DNA of 64,000 bases from an uncultured virus (IMG/VR IMGVR_UViG_3300029889_000001) (Duplodnaviria > Heunggongvirae > Uroviricota > Caudoviricetes), in IMG/VR virus record IMGVR_UViG_3300029889_000001, positions 1-64,000 of that record; one strand, given 5' to 3'. Position numbers and translations under genes: made by a program. Within the stretch, counting starts at the first letter, position 1. Every line of letters begins with the position of its first letter. The notes under the pieces are model-generated. The model made no database searches. It was not told the DNA's origin and saw nothing but the letters and a program-made list of their open reading frames with translations. Shown here piece after piece: positions 19,268 through 28,200 of this stretch.

Positions 19268-19391
19268 TGTTCCCTCCCGATGAATCTTTATCCTGCCGCT
19301 TGCCCGATTGCGCCAGCGAGTCGCCGAAGGCTTGCAAACTGGGAGTCGAGCTTACACCTTAACGGAGCGGCAGAGTTTCTAGCTACCTGCG

Positions 19392-19856
19392 CTAGAATGC
19401 TTCGTCTAGGCTTACCGCTCCGCCAGCAGCAGTCATCTCAAGGCTTGGAACACCTGTGCGCTTGGTGTACTTTCTCTTGAGTCTTTGCGGCATCCTGTTT
19501 TCCTCTTCTTCGCTTACGGGTGGCAGCGGTGCAGGCTCATGGAGGCGCTCACGAACAGCCTCAAGGTCCAATTCCTGCTCGATTGTGATGCTTTCTTGGA
19601 TTTCCAGCGGCGTTACGATGGTCGTCTCAGTCGAGACTGGCGGCAACTCTTTCGGCTTAATATCGACCGTGAATTCGGCAGGAAGAGCATCCATTCCGTA
19701 CAGTTTCAGGCTGATTTTTATCTCGCCTGAGTATCCTTGACCATACGAATCAGCCTCTCGCAAATCGCATGAAGTCTGTAGTTTGCGCTTGATTTGCGCT
19801 AAAATGTCTTCGATCACTTCGCTGCCGCTCAAACCCTCAATCATTACATCTGCCAT
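19392..19856 (-). CDS. Hypothetical protein
   Basis: 154 aa, GGAG RBS. Confidence 0.55.
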   Translation of the reverse strand: MADVMIEGLSGSEVIEDILAQIKRKLQTSCDLREADSYGQGYSGEIKISLKLYGMDALPAEFTVDIKPKELPPVSTETTIVTPLEIQESITIEQELDLEAVRERLHEPAPLPPVSEEEENRMPQRLKRKYTKRTGVPSLEMTAAGGAVSLDEAF

Positions 19857-20140
19857 TAGAACTCTCCTTCGTCATGGTGATTTTTCTTCGTTTTACGTTT
19901 GCCGGTTTTCTTTCCTTCGCGCTCGTACCGTGCTTGCAAAGCCGCAAAAGCATCCAAAACCCTCTGATGCGGTGAGCACTCCTGCGCCGCCTCGATGTTC
20001 TGAATTGTTCGTCTGGAGATTTCTATTACCTCACTTAACCTCTTTTGACTCAACAGATTATCTGTCCGAAAGCGTCTCCACTCCGCCGCTCTCTGCTTCA
20101 TTTCGATTGTAGGCGTAGGGTCTTTTTTATGCCGTCCCAT
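19856..20140 (-). CDS. XRE/Cro-like HTH regulator
   Basis: RRFR...LSQKRLSEVIEISRRTIQNIE. Confidence 0.75.
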   Translation of the reverse strand: MGRHKKDPTPTIEMKQRAAEWRRFRTDNLLSQKRLSEVIEISRRTIQNIEAAQECSPHQRVLDAFAALQARYEREGKKTGKRKTKKNHHDEGEF

Positions 20141-20157
20141 GCTTGCATCCTTTCTCT

Positions 20158-20376
20158 TTAGTATGCGCTTTTCGATGCTTTGTCAAGTTCTTTCTCATGC
20201 GCCCTGTGTTCTCTTCCCAGTTTCCGTCTCGACTCCAAACAGTCTATGCAAAGCGTTTTATCTTCAAACGGGGGCCGATTACCGCAGTCTTGGCATAGGT
20301 TTATGCTCTTTAGCCTTATTTTCCTGCGGCGTAGACAGTCGGCTACGGTCGCTCGGCGTTCATCTGGAGTCTTCAT
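20158..20376 (-). CDS. Small CxxC zinc-finger protein
   Basis: LCQDCG...LCIDC. Confidence 0.5.
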   Translation of the reverse strand: MKTPDERRATVADCLRRRKIRLKSINLCQDCGNRPPFEDKTLCIDCLESRRKLGREHRAHEKELDKASKSAY

Positions 20377-20705
20377 TTTTTACTGGATTCCTTACCGCGC
20401 CGGTAGGCTTCGATTGTACGTCTCTTTGTATCTGGGGTAGGGCTTGCATCCCACAAATCTTGGATCGCCTCTGGCACTTCCGGCTCCGGCGCAAGAAACA
20501 TGCGGCGCACATCTTGAATGGCCGCCTTATACGCTTCCGGTTTGGCTTGCTTGTGGGAAACGGTTTCTTTGAGTTTTTGAAGTTCTTCATCCATCCAGCG
20601 AAGAGCCGCTTCGACGCCTATATTTACGGTCTGAGCATCGTATCCGTGAGTCGCCTCACGAACCGCATTCGACATTCCTTCAGGTACTTCGATTTTTTTG
20701 CTCAT
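20373..20705 (-). CDS. Hypothetical protein
   Basis: GGAGGGG RBS, coupled. Confidence 0.5.
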   Translation of the reverse strand: MSKKIEVPEGMSNAVREATHGYDAQTVNIGVEAALRWMDEELQKLKETVSHKQAKPEAYKAAIQDVRRMFLAPEPEVPEAIQDLWDASPTPDTKRRTIEAYRRGKESSKK

Positions 20706-21127
20706 CTCGTTATCCCCCTCCTAGCGCGTACCAGAGCCTCAGCAATAGCGTCAAGAGATACCTCATAGAGACTATTAGCAAGCTCTTCTTCAATAATTTC
20801 GGCGATTTCGGTGGTGTACCACCTGCTATTCCGGGCGTGTATAAGTTCATGGACAAGTATAACTTCGTAATCTGCGTTAAAATGCCGAAGTCCTGCCATT
20901 GTTCGGTGTTCTGGATGTCTGATGCCGATAGAATATAGCTGCGCTAAAGATAAATCGTCAAAATATCCTAGTTTCTCGTGACGCTCATCCCTGTTAAGCC
21001 AACGGATTTCAATATCAACATCATCTAAGCGCAACTCTCTCTGCCAGTGCTTGAGATCGGCCTGTAGTTGCTCCATGATCTGCTCTGGAGTCTTTGGTTG
21101 AATGGTTTCCTTTGGTTTACTCTTCAC
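20702..21127 (-). CDS. HExxH metallopeptidase-like protein
   Basis: ILVHELIH motif. Confidence 0.5.
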   Translation of the reverse strand: MKSKPKETIQPKTPEQIMEQLQADLKHWQRELRLDDVDIEIRWLNRDERHEKLGYFDDLSLAQLYSIGIRHPEHRTMAGLRHFNADYEVILVHELIHARNSRWYTTEIAEIIEEELANSLYEVSLDAIAEALVRARRGITR

Positions 21128-21444
21128 ATTTTCTCCTGTCCCGCTGCTTTTTCTGCCTCAATCTCCAACCTCTGCATCGCTTCCCACTCCTTTTCCGCTT
21201 CCTGAGCCTTCTGGTTAAATTCCTCTGCGCTCAGAGCGCCAGGAAAGTTTGGATCGAAATGATTCCATAGCGGCCATCCGCCGTTACCGTGAGATAGAAA
21301 CGGATTGCACTGGCAGTTCTCGCTCAACTCATGGGAATCGGTCATCATCCACTCGCCTTTGCTCAGGACTACAGGCATTACGTGGTAGGCGATGAACCTT
21401 CCGTCTTCGTCACGAACGTCGATCACGCCCCATTTTTCAGTCAT
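21124..21444 (-). CDS. Hypothetical protein
   Basis: H...C.C.P motif, coupled. Confidence 0.5.
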   Translation of the reverse strand: MTEKWGVIDVRDEDGRFIAYHVMPVVLSKGEWMMTDSHELSENCQCNPFLSHGNGGWPLWNHFDPNFPGALSAEEFNQKAQEAEKEWEAMQRLEIEAEKAAGQEKM

Positions 21445-21673
21445 TATCCTTAGCCTTAAGCAAACCGTATGCTCCAGCTTGCAGCCAGAACTTGAACGCC
21501 TCTACCAACCACAGAGAATCCCTCAATTCAAGATCGTTGTCGAGAGAGCCATGCGTTGCATCCTCTACTCCCTCCTTAAGCCGATAGATGACCAGCACTT
21601 GATCTATATCATCGGCTTTTGAGGCTAGAGTTGCGGCGAGGTCTACGATCTTTTCGATCTTCTCACTTTGCAT
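21437..21673 (-). CDS. Hypothetical protein
   Basis: Coupled ORF. Confidence 0.5.
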   Translation of the reverse strand: MQSEKIEKIVDLAATLASKADDIDQVLVIYRLKEGVEDATHGSLDNDLELRDSLWLVEAFKFWLQAGAYGLLKAKDND

Positions 21674-22280
21674 TTTCCGCTTCTTTCGCTAAATCCGCCT
21701 TCAACTCGGCCCACAAAGGCTCCATGTTTATCCTCTGCTTGCCGGGATACCAGCACGATGGTCCCTGCGCCTTGAGGACGGCGTTAAGAGCGTCTACAGC
21801 GGCTCCTACTTCGTCTGAAAGTTCTCCTTCATCGGCAAGATCATCTGACCATGTTTCGCAATCAATAGGATGCAGGTAACGAGGTTCGCAGAGGACTAGA
21901 CGTGATTCAGGTTCATAGCCGTTCTTTTGTGCATCCTCCCAAACGTCGAAGAGATGTTCAAGAACGTCCTCACGATCCCAAAAGTAATTGTCGCTCTTGT
22001 AGTCACAGACTGGCGTTACTTCGTCCCAATCGGCCACAGGGAGCGCGTAATACTTATCGCAGTCTATTTTCGCTTGGCAGGAATTGCAACGCACACGACC
22101 ATGCTCAAATATGTTCCCGCACTCGCATTTTTGGTGCGTACAGCCTGACCACCTAGCGCCATGCTCGCTGCTTGCGTGGTTTCCAGGATAGAAGTGTCCC
22201 AAGCGCGATAACCACCCCGGCATATCTACACGAGTAGCCGCTTCAGGGCTGTCATACATCACTATCTTTTCGTCTGTCAT
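21663..22280 (-). CDS. Hypothetical phage protein, Cys-containing
   Basis: MYDSPEAA...GW.SR.G...ARW.GCTH..C pattern. Confidence 0.6.
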   Translation of the reverse strand: MTDEKIVMYDSPEAATRVDMPGWLSRLGHFYPGNHASSEHGARWSGCTHQKCECGNIFEHGRVRCNSCQAKIDCDKYYALPVADWDEVTPVCDYKSDNYFWDREDVLEHLFDVWEDAQKNGYEPESRLVLCEPRYLHPIDCETWSDDLADEGELSDEVGAAVDALNAVLKAQGPSCWYPGKQRINMEPLWAELKADLAKEAENAK

Positions 22281-22681
22281 CTGGTCCTCTCCCTTTCTTG
22301 AGATTCTCCACAGTCTTTTCTACGGCCTCATTTACCGCGTCATAGCAATTGCCGCATACGTTTTCTTGATAATACCCATCATCTTCCATATAGGTAAATG
22401 ACAAAGTTGCAGATTTTGGAATCCATCCTGCGCGACGACTACGCTCCATCGGAACCTCAAACGTTTCCCCGCAGATACCGCACTTCTCTCTTGTGAATGG
22501 ATCGCTCATTTTTCCTCCACTACTGCTTTGTATTCCGTTATCCTGTACATCCATCGCCAACCTTTGTAGGTTTCAAGACGCTTTTCACCTGATTCCTTGC
22601 GCTTGTAGACTTGGTAAGGACTACTCACTCGCCACGTCTTCCCGCCGTCAAGAGACTCCTCTAGTATCCAAATAGGAGGCA

Positions 22682-23068
22682 TCATATACCATCAAAGATT
22701 GAAGGAAGTGGCTTGCCATCCTTCATACGCTTATACCACTCCGTCTTTTGCACTTGAAGGAACTCTTTGAACGTGCAGTCCCATGCATCGGCAAAGGCTC
22801 TATAGTCAATCATTCTCTGCTGGCTCCGCGTTATCTTCGGCGGCTTAGGACTCTCTAAACGCATAGCTTGCTTTCCTATTATCGTGACGGTAAACAGAGG
22901 ATCGCCGCCTGTTATCTCACTGGTTTTGTGCTCTGTCATGTAGCCCATCTCTACTAATGGACGACATTCCTCAGCGCCGCCAACGTAGTGATTGCGATAC
23001 TGCTCACCAAGGCCATATTTATCCACGCCTAGCGAGTGCTGGAGGATACTTAGTTGCTCTGGAGTCAT
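22682..23068 (-). CDS. Hypothetical phage protein
   Basis: ILQHSLG.D.YG....YRNHYV pattern. Confidence 0.55.
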   Translation of the reverse strand: MTPEQLSILQHSLGVDKYGLGEQYRNHYVGGAEECRPLVEMGYMTEHKTSEITGGDPLFTVTIIGKQAMRLESPKPPKITRSQQRMIDYRAFADAWDCTFKEFLQVQKTEWYKRMKDGKPLPSIFDGI

Positions 23069-23385
23069 TAGAACGGCACCTCAAGCACCTTTTCCGGCAT
23101 CGGATTCCCGCAGTATACGCAATAAAATCCTTTGCGAACAGGATCATACTCGTACTTATGCAAACAAATCTTTTCCATTTACTCCCTCTCTTTCCAATTC
23201 CCAACTATCGTCTCCGCACTCAGAGGTTTGCTTGTTACACTTATTGAAGATTTATGGACTCGGCATCCTAGACTACGGAATATAACCATCTGGCCCTCAA
23301 GTAAGACAGGTTTTCCGTTGCCTGTGCAGCAGCATATAGGCTCTCGCGTCCACACGTAATCTTTCAGTTCGTCCGCGTCCATTGG

Positions 23386-23814
23386 TTAATCCTTTTTTTG
23401 TCCGCTATGCTCGTACATCCATACGATGTGAGGATACCGATCTTCTTTGATGTTGATGTGTGGGCAGACGAAATGCTTGTGAATGTTCCTGTTGACTACT
23501 GTCGTCTTATACTTCACTGGGTACCGTTCAAGGAACCATTTCGGAGCATATTCCTGTTTCACAAAATCCCATGGCGTTGCAGGAAAGTCAATCGACTCAG
23601 GCTCAATTCTGTCTATCTTATGGCCGTCAAGAATCCACGTATTCACCGTCATCGCAACTTCATCGACAGAGTACGATAGCTCTTGGATGCGTAACTTTGC
23701 GTTCTCTCCTATCGGCGGGTAATTCTGCTTGATTGTGGTCCAAAAAGCAAGTTGTAGCTGCTCAAGAATAGCTTTGTTTGGGTTAAACGCATCGTTGGTT
23801 ACAGGGTACGCCAT
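23386..23814 (-). CDS. Hypothetical protein
   Basis: 142 aa, GGAGG RBS. Confidence 0.5.
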   Translation of the reverse strand: MAYPVTNDAFNPNKAILEQLQLAFWTTIKQNYPPIGENAKLRIQELSYSVDEVAMTVNTWILDGHKIDRIEPESIDFPATPWDFVKQEYAPKWFLERYPVKYKTTVVNRNIHKHFVCPHINIKEDRYPHIVWMYEHSGQKKD

Positions 23815-23822
23815 TCTGCCTC

Positions 23823-24665
23823 CTACAGCAAATCCTTCATCACCTTTTTCGGAAGATCGTCAATCTCAATCTGTGGAACGTCTGGAGCAAACACAAGACG
23901 CTTCACATATGTTCCTTTGACGTAGGCGTTCCACGACATGACTGTGTAATAGTAAGTCGCAGAGTTGGTCAATCGTGTCGATACTTCCTTTTGTGCAGCA
24001 ATAAGCCTATTGCGAAGAATATAGACTGGATTATCCTCTGTCAACTCTAGTCCAGATTGAAACCGATTGAAAAACTCATCCGCTTTCTTTTCGTCTACAA
24101 GAGAGAAAAGATAATGCAATCCAATCGCCATACCTGCGCTAATCAATAAGCCGCCAGGACGATTCTTAAGTAAACCGTAGAACTTGACCGAACTCCTGAT
24201 TTTAGGATTCTTATCAAGAGTTGCCTGCAAGAGTTGTTTCGTGCATACCTGTCCTCTTCTCAAGTCCTTATGCTCGATCTCGCCCCTAACATAGAGCCAG
24301 AGGAATCGCAATCCTGCCGAAAGAAGATTAGGGTTGGCTTCTCCCCTGATGTGCAGTACATCGGCCATTGAGCGGGTGTTACAATCATCAATGGTGTCGA
24401 AATACTCGTCAGGTACACCCCATGTGATCGTTGTCTCAAATGACTTATTAGAGCGGACACATGCGGTCAAACGGTGTTGACCATCCAAAAGCTGTCCACT
24501 CTTCCCGAACACTAACCCTTTTCCGTTGTCCACCCATTTCCCGTCCCGCATCATTTGGCTGTATTTAAGCACAGCATTTTCAGAAATTGGACGATTCTTA
24601 CTGCGCTTGGTGTCTAGCCATAGACGCGCTTCTTCTGGTGTTACTGTCGTGTGTTTGGTGTACAT
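23823..24665 (-). CDS. ParB/Srx-like DGQHR-motif protein
   Basis: NRPIS...Y...M..GKW..NG...LLDGQHRL.A. Confidence 0.7.
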   Translation of the reverse strand: MYTKHTTVTPEEARLWLDTKRSKNRPISENAVLKYSQMMRDGKWVDNGKGLVFGKSGQLLDGQHRLTACVRSNKSFETTITWGVPDEYFDTIDDCNTRSMADVLHIRGEANPNLLSAGLRFLWLYVRGEIEHKDLRRGQVCTKQLLQATLDKNPKIRSSVKFYGLLKNRPGGLLISAGMAIGLHYLFSLVDEKKADEFFNRFQSGLELTEDNPVYILRNRLIAAQKEVSTRLTNSATYYYTVMSWNAYVKGTYVKRLVFAPDVPQIEIDDLPKKVMKDLL

Positions 24666-24684
24666 ATTTCCCTCTCCCTGTGTT

Positions 24685-25245
24685 TCAGTTTCCTATCCTT
24701 CCCGGTGGATAGGTTTTTGCCAAGTATTGATTGAATCGTTTCCTTGACATTTTGACTGCTTTTGCGTATTCTTCTTGTTGATCCTGTGTGACCATAATTT
24801 TTCCATCGTTACCGCGAGGCACATGTTGCATATAGAATTTTGTTCCTCCCTCGTGCGCGTTTCTAACTCCAGGTTGATGAACATAAACCTTGTAACTCTT
24901 GTCGCTAGGCTCAATCTCCACGGTAGAACTGTAATCCGCATCCTCTGGCGCTTCAGCGGACTCATGGACGAGTCGAAGCATGTCTTCCCAATGCAGCGAC
25001 CCGCAATAAGAGCAAACGCGATCCCCGTTTGATTTGAATTTATTCCAGTGATCTGGTCCGGGAAAGGAAGCACCGACAAAACTCTCATCACGGCGACGGC
25101 AGTAGAATGGCTCAGGAAGCGTGTCTACGAGCGTATGGAAGGCTGGCTGTTCTTCTATGATGCCATCGCATCCTTCGGTCCTACAGGGCGCTCCTAGCAC
25201 GTCCTCTGAACGACTGGTGAGGCATTTCTTACAGTGTAGGTACAT
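24685..25245 (-). CDS. Cys-rich hypothetical protein
   Basis: CKKC, CSYCGSLH. Confidence 0.55.
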   Translation of the reverse strand: MYLHCKKCLTSRSEDVLGAPCRTEGCDGIIEEQPAFHTLVDTLPEPFYCRRRDESFVGASFPGPDHWNKFKSNGDRVCSYCGSLHWEDMLRLVHESAEAPEDADYSSTVEIEPSDKSYKVYVHQPGVRNAHEGGTKFYMQHVPRGNDGKIMVTQDQQEEYAKAVKMSRKRFNQYLAKTYPPGRIGN

Positions 25246-25425
25246 TGTTTGACTCCTTGAACTTTCTTCCTGCGGCCTCTACCAGTTCATCCACTTGCCG
25301 CTCTCGTTCTATGCGCTCTTCTTCTGTTTCAGGGTGCAAACCTAAACGTGTCGGGATATTAAGACGAGCTTCAATGGCCTCCAAGCGCCTGATTACCATC
25401 ATTTGAAAATCTTCTGTTCCGTACA

Positions 25426-26070
25426 TCACGCCTCCCAATCAAAGCATTCCTGTTGCAACCTGTGAACCGCATCGGCGCAATACTTCTCTTCGCGCTCCAC
25501 GCAAATACAACTAAGTCCTACAGCCTTGCAGCACACCGCTGTAGTACCAACTCCAGCGTAAGGATCAAGAACGCTCCTAACGTCACTGGGAACTTGCGTG
25601 AGACACCATGAAAACAAATTTCGCGGCTTCTGAGTCGGATGCATTCGATACTCTGGATTCTCTTTCAGCATTCCGTTCCACATGTAGTGGAAAATCCTCA
25701 CCGCTTTGTCCAGATTCGTCCATGCCAACTCACAGTCTGCAAAATCATTTGCCCCGTTCACCTTATCCCAAACCAGCCAGCACTTTGAAGGCGGAAGGAC
25801 AAAATAGTTACCGCCAAAGATGATTTGGTACTTCGTCAAGTCCCTCAAGCGAATCAGATCAAAGTCCGATGGTGGTTCATCATCCCAATCACTCGTTCCG
25901 TAATCCTTGGCGACCGCTAGTTTTGTTCGGCTCTTGTTCTTTCCCTTCGCCTCTCCGATCCCGTACGGGCAATCGGTTAAAAGCAAATCCGCTTTCAGTA
26001 GTTCAATTGGAACATCTCTCCAATCCGCGTGATATATTAAAATTCCCTTTTCGCTGTAGTATGGCTTCAC
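25426..26070 (-). CDS. DNA N4-cytosine/N6-adenine methyltransferase (beta class)
   Basis: LLTDCPYG (DPPY variant), HPTQKP, VLDPYAGVGTT. Confidence 0.85.
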   Translation of the reverse strand: MKPYYSEKGILIYHADWRDVPIELLKADLLLTDCPYGIGEAKGKNKSRTKLAVAKDYGTSDWDDEPPSDFDLIRLRDLTKYQIIFGGNYFVLPPSKCWLVWDKVNGANDFADCELAWTNLDKAVRIFHYMWNGMLKENPEYRMHPTQKPRNLFSWCLTQVPSDVRSVLDPYAGVGTTAVCCKAVGLSCICVEREEKYCADAVHRLQQECFDWEA

Positions 26071-26076
26071 ACAGAG

Positions 26077-26106
26077 ACTCTCTCATACGGCGCAGGAATA
26101 TGTCAA
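26077..26106 (-). promoter_or_regulatory. Promoter directly abutting the methyltransferase start (leaderless candidate)
   Basis: TTGACA, 18 nt, GAGAGT with upstream TG; GTG start 7 nt after the -10; no SD. Confidence 0.45.
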
Positions 26107-26108
26107 GT

Positions 26109-26477
26109 TTATTCTGCGCTTTCCTTTGCCTCCGCAGCCCGCTGCTCGGCTGCTACCGCGTCCAGGTTAGCCGCGCTGGGCAGGACTGCGGCCTTCATCA
26201 TGCGGTCATTGTCTGCCGCAAGCCGGTCGCAGAAGTCAGGGTCTTCGTCTGCGACCTCCTGCATCAGGTCTGTCAGAGAGTCCAGTACTTTGTCCATCTT
26301 GGCCAGCACCTCGGCCTTGTGCGCACGGTGCCATGCGCGGGCTTCTTTCGCTGTTGCTGGTTCATCCATATTCTGACCGCAGCGGCAACCATAGCGGGCA
26401 GTATAAGGGTAGAACGAATCGCCACTGGGAACCCAGTCATATTTCAGCGCGTGCCCTTTGAGTCTGCTACTTTTCAT
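26109..26477 (-). CDS. Hypothetical protein
   Basis: GH...C.CG...W...H zinc-binding-like motif. Confidence 0.5.
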   Translation of the reverse strand: MKSSRLKGHALKYDWVPSGDSFYPYTARYGCRCGQNMDEPATAKEARAWHRAHKAEVLAKMDKVLDSLTDLMQEVADEDPDFCDRLAADNDRMMKAAVLPSAANLDAVAAEQRAAEAKESAE

Positions 26478-26650
26478 GGCTCCCTTTCTTGTTTCGGGCT
26501 ATGCCAGCAATCGCCGCCCGCTTGAGGGCAGTACCATCCGCCGGGAGATTCGGCCTTCCACGCAAAGCGGGGAAATCCCTGTGGTGTCCTCTGGCGAGTG
26601 ATCTTCTGATCGCAGTAAGCGCAAATCTCTACTTTAGGCTTTTTGCTCAT
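26474..26650 (-). CDS. Small Cys-containing protein (start MSKKPK)
   Basis: GGGAG RBS; flanked by a 17-bp direct repeat. Confidence 0.5.
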   Translation of the reverse strand: MSKKPKVEICAYCDQKITRQRTPQGFPRFAWKAESPGGWYCPQAGGDCWHSPKQEREP

Positions 26651-27134
26651 GGCTCCCTTTCTTCGCTGCGATTTGCCATTTCTCAATTACCTTGTCCCAG
26701 TCGATCTGCTCCGCTCTCAACTCTGAGCAGCCGATCTCTAGTATGCGAGCGAACTGTCTCTGAATATGCGCCAACCTCAACCCTTGAGGGTCGAAATTGA
26801 GTGGCAAAGAAAAAACTATTCCTTGGTCGCCGTCCGCTTGGAAGAAGTTGCAGACTACACAGGGAGCGCAGAAGCCCTGACGCGCACGTTTGAATGGGCG
26901 AGCGGAGAGCTTAGTGCTATCAGATGCCTCGCATTCATCTCCACATCTTTGGCACTTAGTTCTCATTGCCTTGCCCTTTCTTCTCGGCCTCGATGCGCCG
27001 CGCCAGCGGGAACAATCTTGCGTAGTAACCGACCAATAGCTGTTCGCCATCCCGCAGTTGTTATACTCGATGGTCACACCCATCCACTTGCTCTCGACGT
27101 ACTCCCGCTCCTGCGCTGCTGTCAGTTCACTCAT
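26634..27134 (-). CDS. Hypothetical protein, probably two fused segments (internal start MRTKCQRCG)
   Basis: Internal purine-rich RBS and ATG near 26966. Confidence 0.45.
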   Translation of the reverse strand: MSELTAAQEREYVESKWMGVTIEYNNCGMANSYWSVTTQDCSRWRGASRPRRKGKAMRTKCQRCGDECEASDSTKLSARPFKRARQGFCAPCVVCNFFQADGDQGIVFSLPLNFDPQGLRLAHIQRQFARILEIGCSELRAEQIDWDKVIEKWQIAAKKGSHEQKA

Positions 27135-27336
27135 GGGGTGCCTCCGATTTCATTTCTACATACTGCTCCGCGTTTGCGATTGCGCTTTCGTAGGATAAGC
27201 CTTGCCCAATGACACATCCACGCCAATCCTCAATCACATAGCGGGGAAAGCGGTTCGCCTTTTCGAGCGCATAGGTTCCCGCACCAAACTTTTCCTGCGC
27301 CAATTCGATTGCTTCCTGCGCTGTCAACTCAGGCAT
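27127..27336 (-). CDS. Hypothetical protein
   Basis: GGAGG RBS; N-terminus resembles that of the downstream ORF. Confidence 0.5.
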   Translation of the reverse strand: MPELTAQEAIELAQEKFGAGTYALEKANRFPRYVIEDWRGCVIGQGLSYESAIANAEQYVEMKSEAPHE

Positions 27337-27766
27337 GGGGCGCCTCCGGTTTCTTTTGCGCGGGAACTACTGTTTCAAGCGCAATCCGAAGCGATTCGAT
27401 CTTGCGGTTGGCGTAACGAATATCTTGTTCCGCGTCTGCCACGCGCTTTAATTCTTTGGTTAAGGATGCGCGGAGCAGAAGGACGGGATCGGTAATCGCT
27501 GTCAGTTCTTTCTCTGACCACCAAAAAGAACCGCCGCCGCCAAGATGAAACGGCTCAGCGCATGGCTCCATCTTTGTTCCGCCCGTGTAATAGATGTGGT
27601 ATCGGAAGCAGGTCAATTCCTCTACCCAGATGCCCTCTTCGACACATACCAGCATATCTCCGTGGAAACAGAAATCCCCTTTTTTGAAGAGAGGTTCCGC
27701 GCTCACCTTCTCTGCTACTTTAGGGATTATTGCCCCATCCTTCGCTTTCGTTTTCTTAACTGCCAT
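27329..27766 (-). CDS. Hypothetical protein (start MAVKK)
   Basis: GGGGGAG RBS. Confidence 0.5.
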   Translation of the reverse strand: MAVKKTKAKDGAIIPKVAEKVSAEPLFKKGDFCFHGDMLVCVEEGIWVEELTCFRYHIYYTGGTKMEPCAEPFHLGGGGSFWWSEKELTAITDPVLLLRASLTKELKRVADAEQDIRYANRKIESLRIALETVVPAQKKPEAPHA

Positions 27767-28200
27767 CACTCCCCCTTTTCTCCTGCCCCTAGCGCCAATT
27801 GATTGCTCTTGAAATGCTGGAAAAATGTCTCTCCATTCGGCGCAACCGCATACGGCAGGAACACTTCGGCGATCTCGGCCTGTTGAGCTTCCACAAGGGC
27901 CATCTGCGCCTCTACCCAGTCCTTGACGATGCGCCATGCAATACGTTCGCATTGAGGAATATCCCGCCAGATTCCGCTTCTCTGACTGCCTTTCTTGAGT
28001 GCGGCGCTCACACCCTGCACGTTGCAGGGAAGCCGGAAGTGGACGGTGTTCTTGCCGATATTCAGGCCGAATATGACCGCTGTCGCCTTGCCGCTCTGAT
28101 AATCAACTGAAACATGGCAAGCACCTTTAGCCCCAAGAATCTCTTGAATCTGCGAGACTGTTTTGGCGCTTGCTACCTTGGTTGTGTAATTAAGAAGCAT
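27766..28200 (-). CDS. Conserved-looking phage hypothetical protein (start MLLNYTT)
   Basis: NYTT.V...KT...IQ..L...GA; AWRIVKDWVEAQMA...EVFLPY. Confidence 0.65.
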   Translation of the reverse strand: MLLNYTTKVASAKTVSQIQEILGAKGACHVSVDYQSGKATAVIFGLNIGKNTVHFRLPCNVQGVSAALKKGSQRSGIWRDIPQCERIAWRIVKDWVEAQMALVEAQQAEIAEVFLPYAVAPNGETFFQHFKSNQLALGAGEKGE

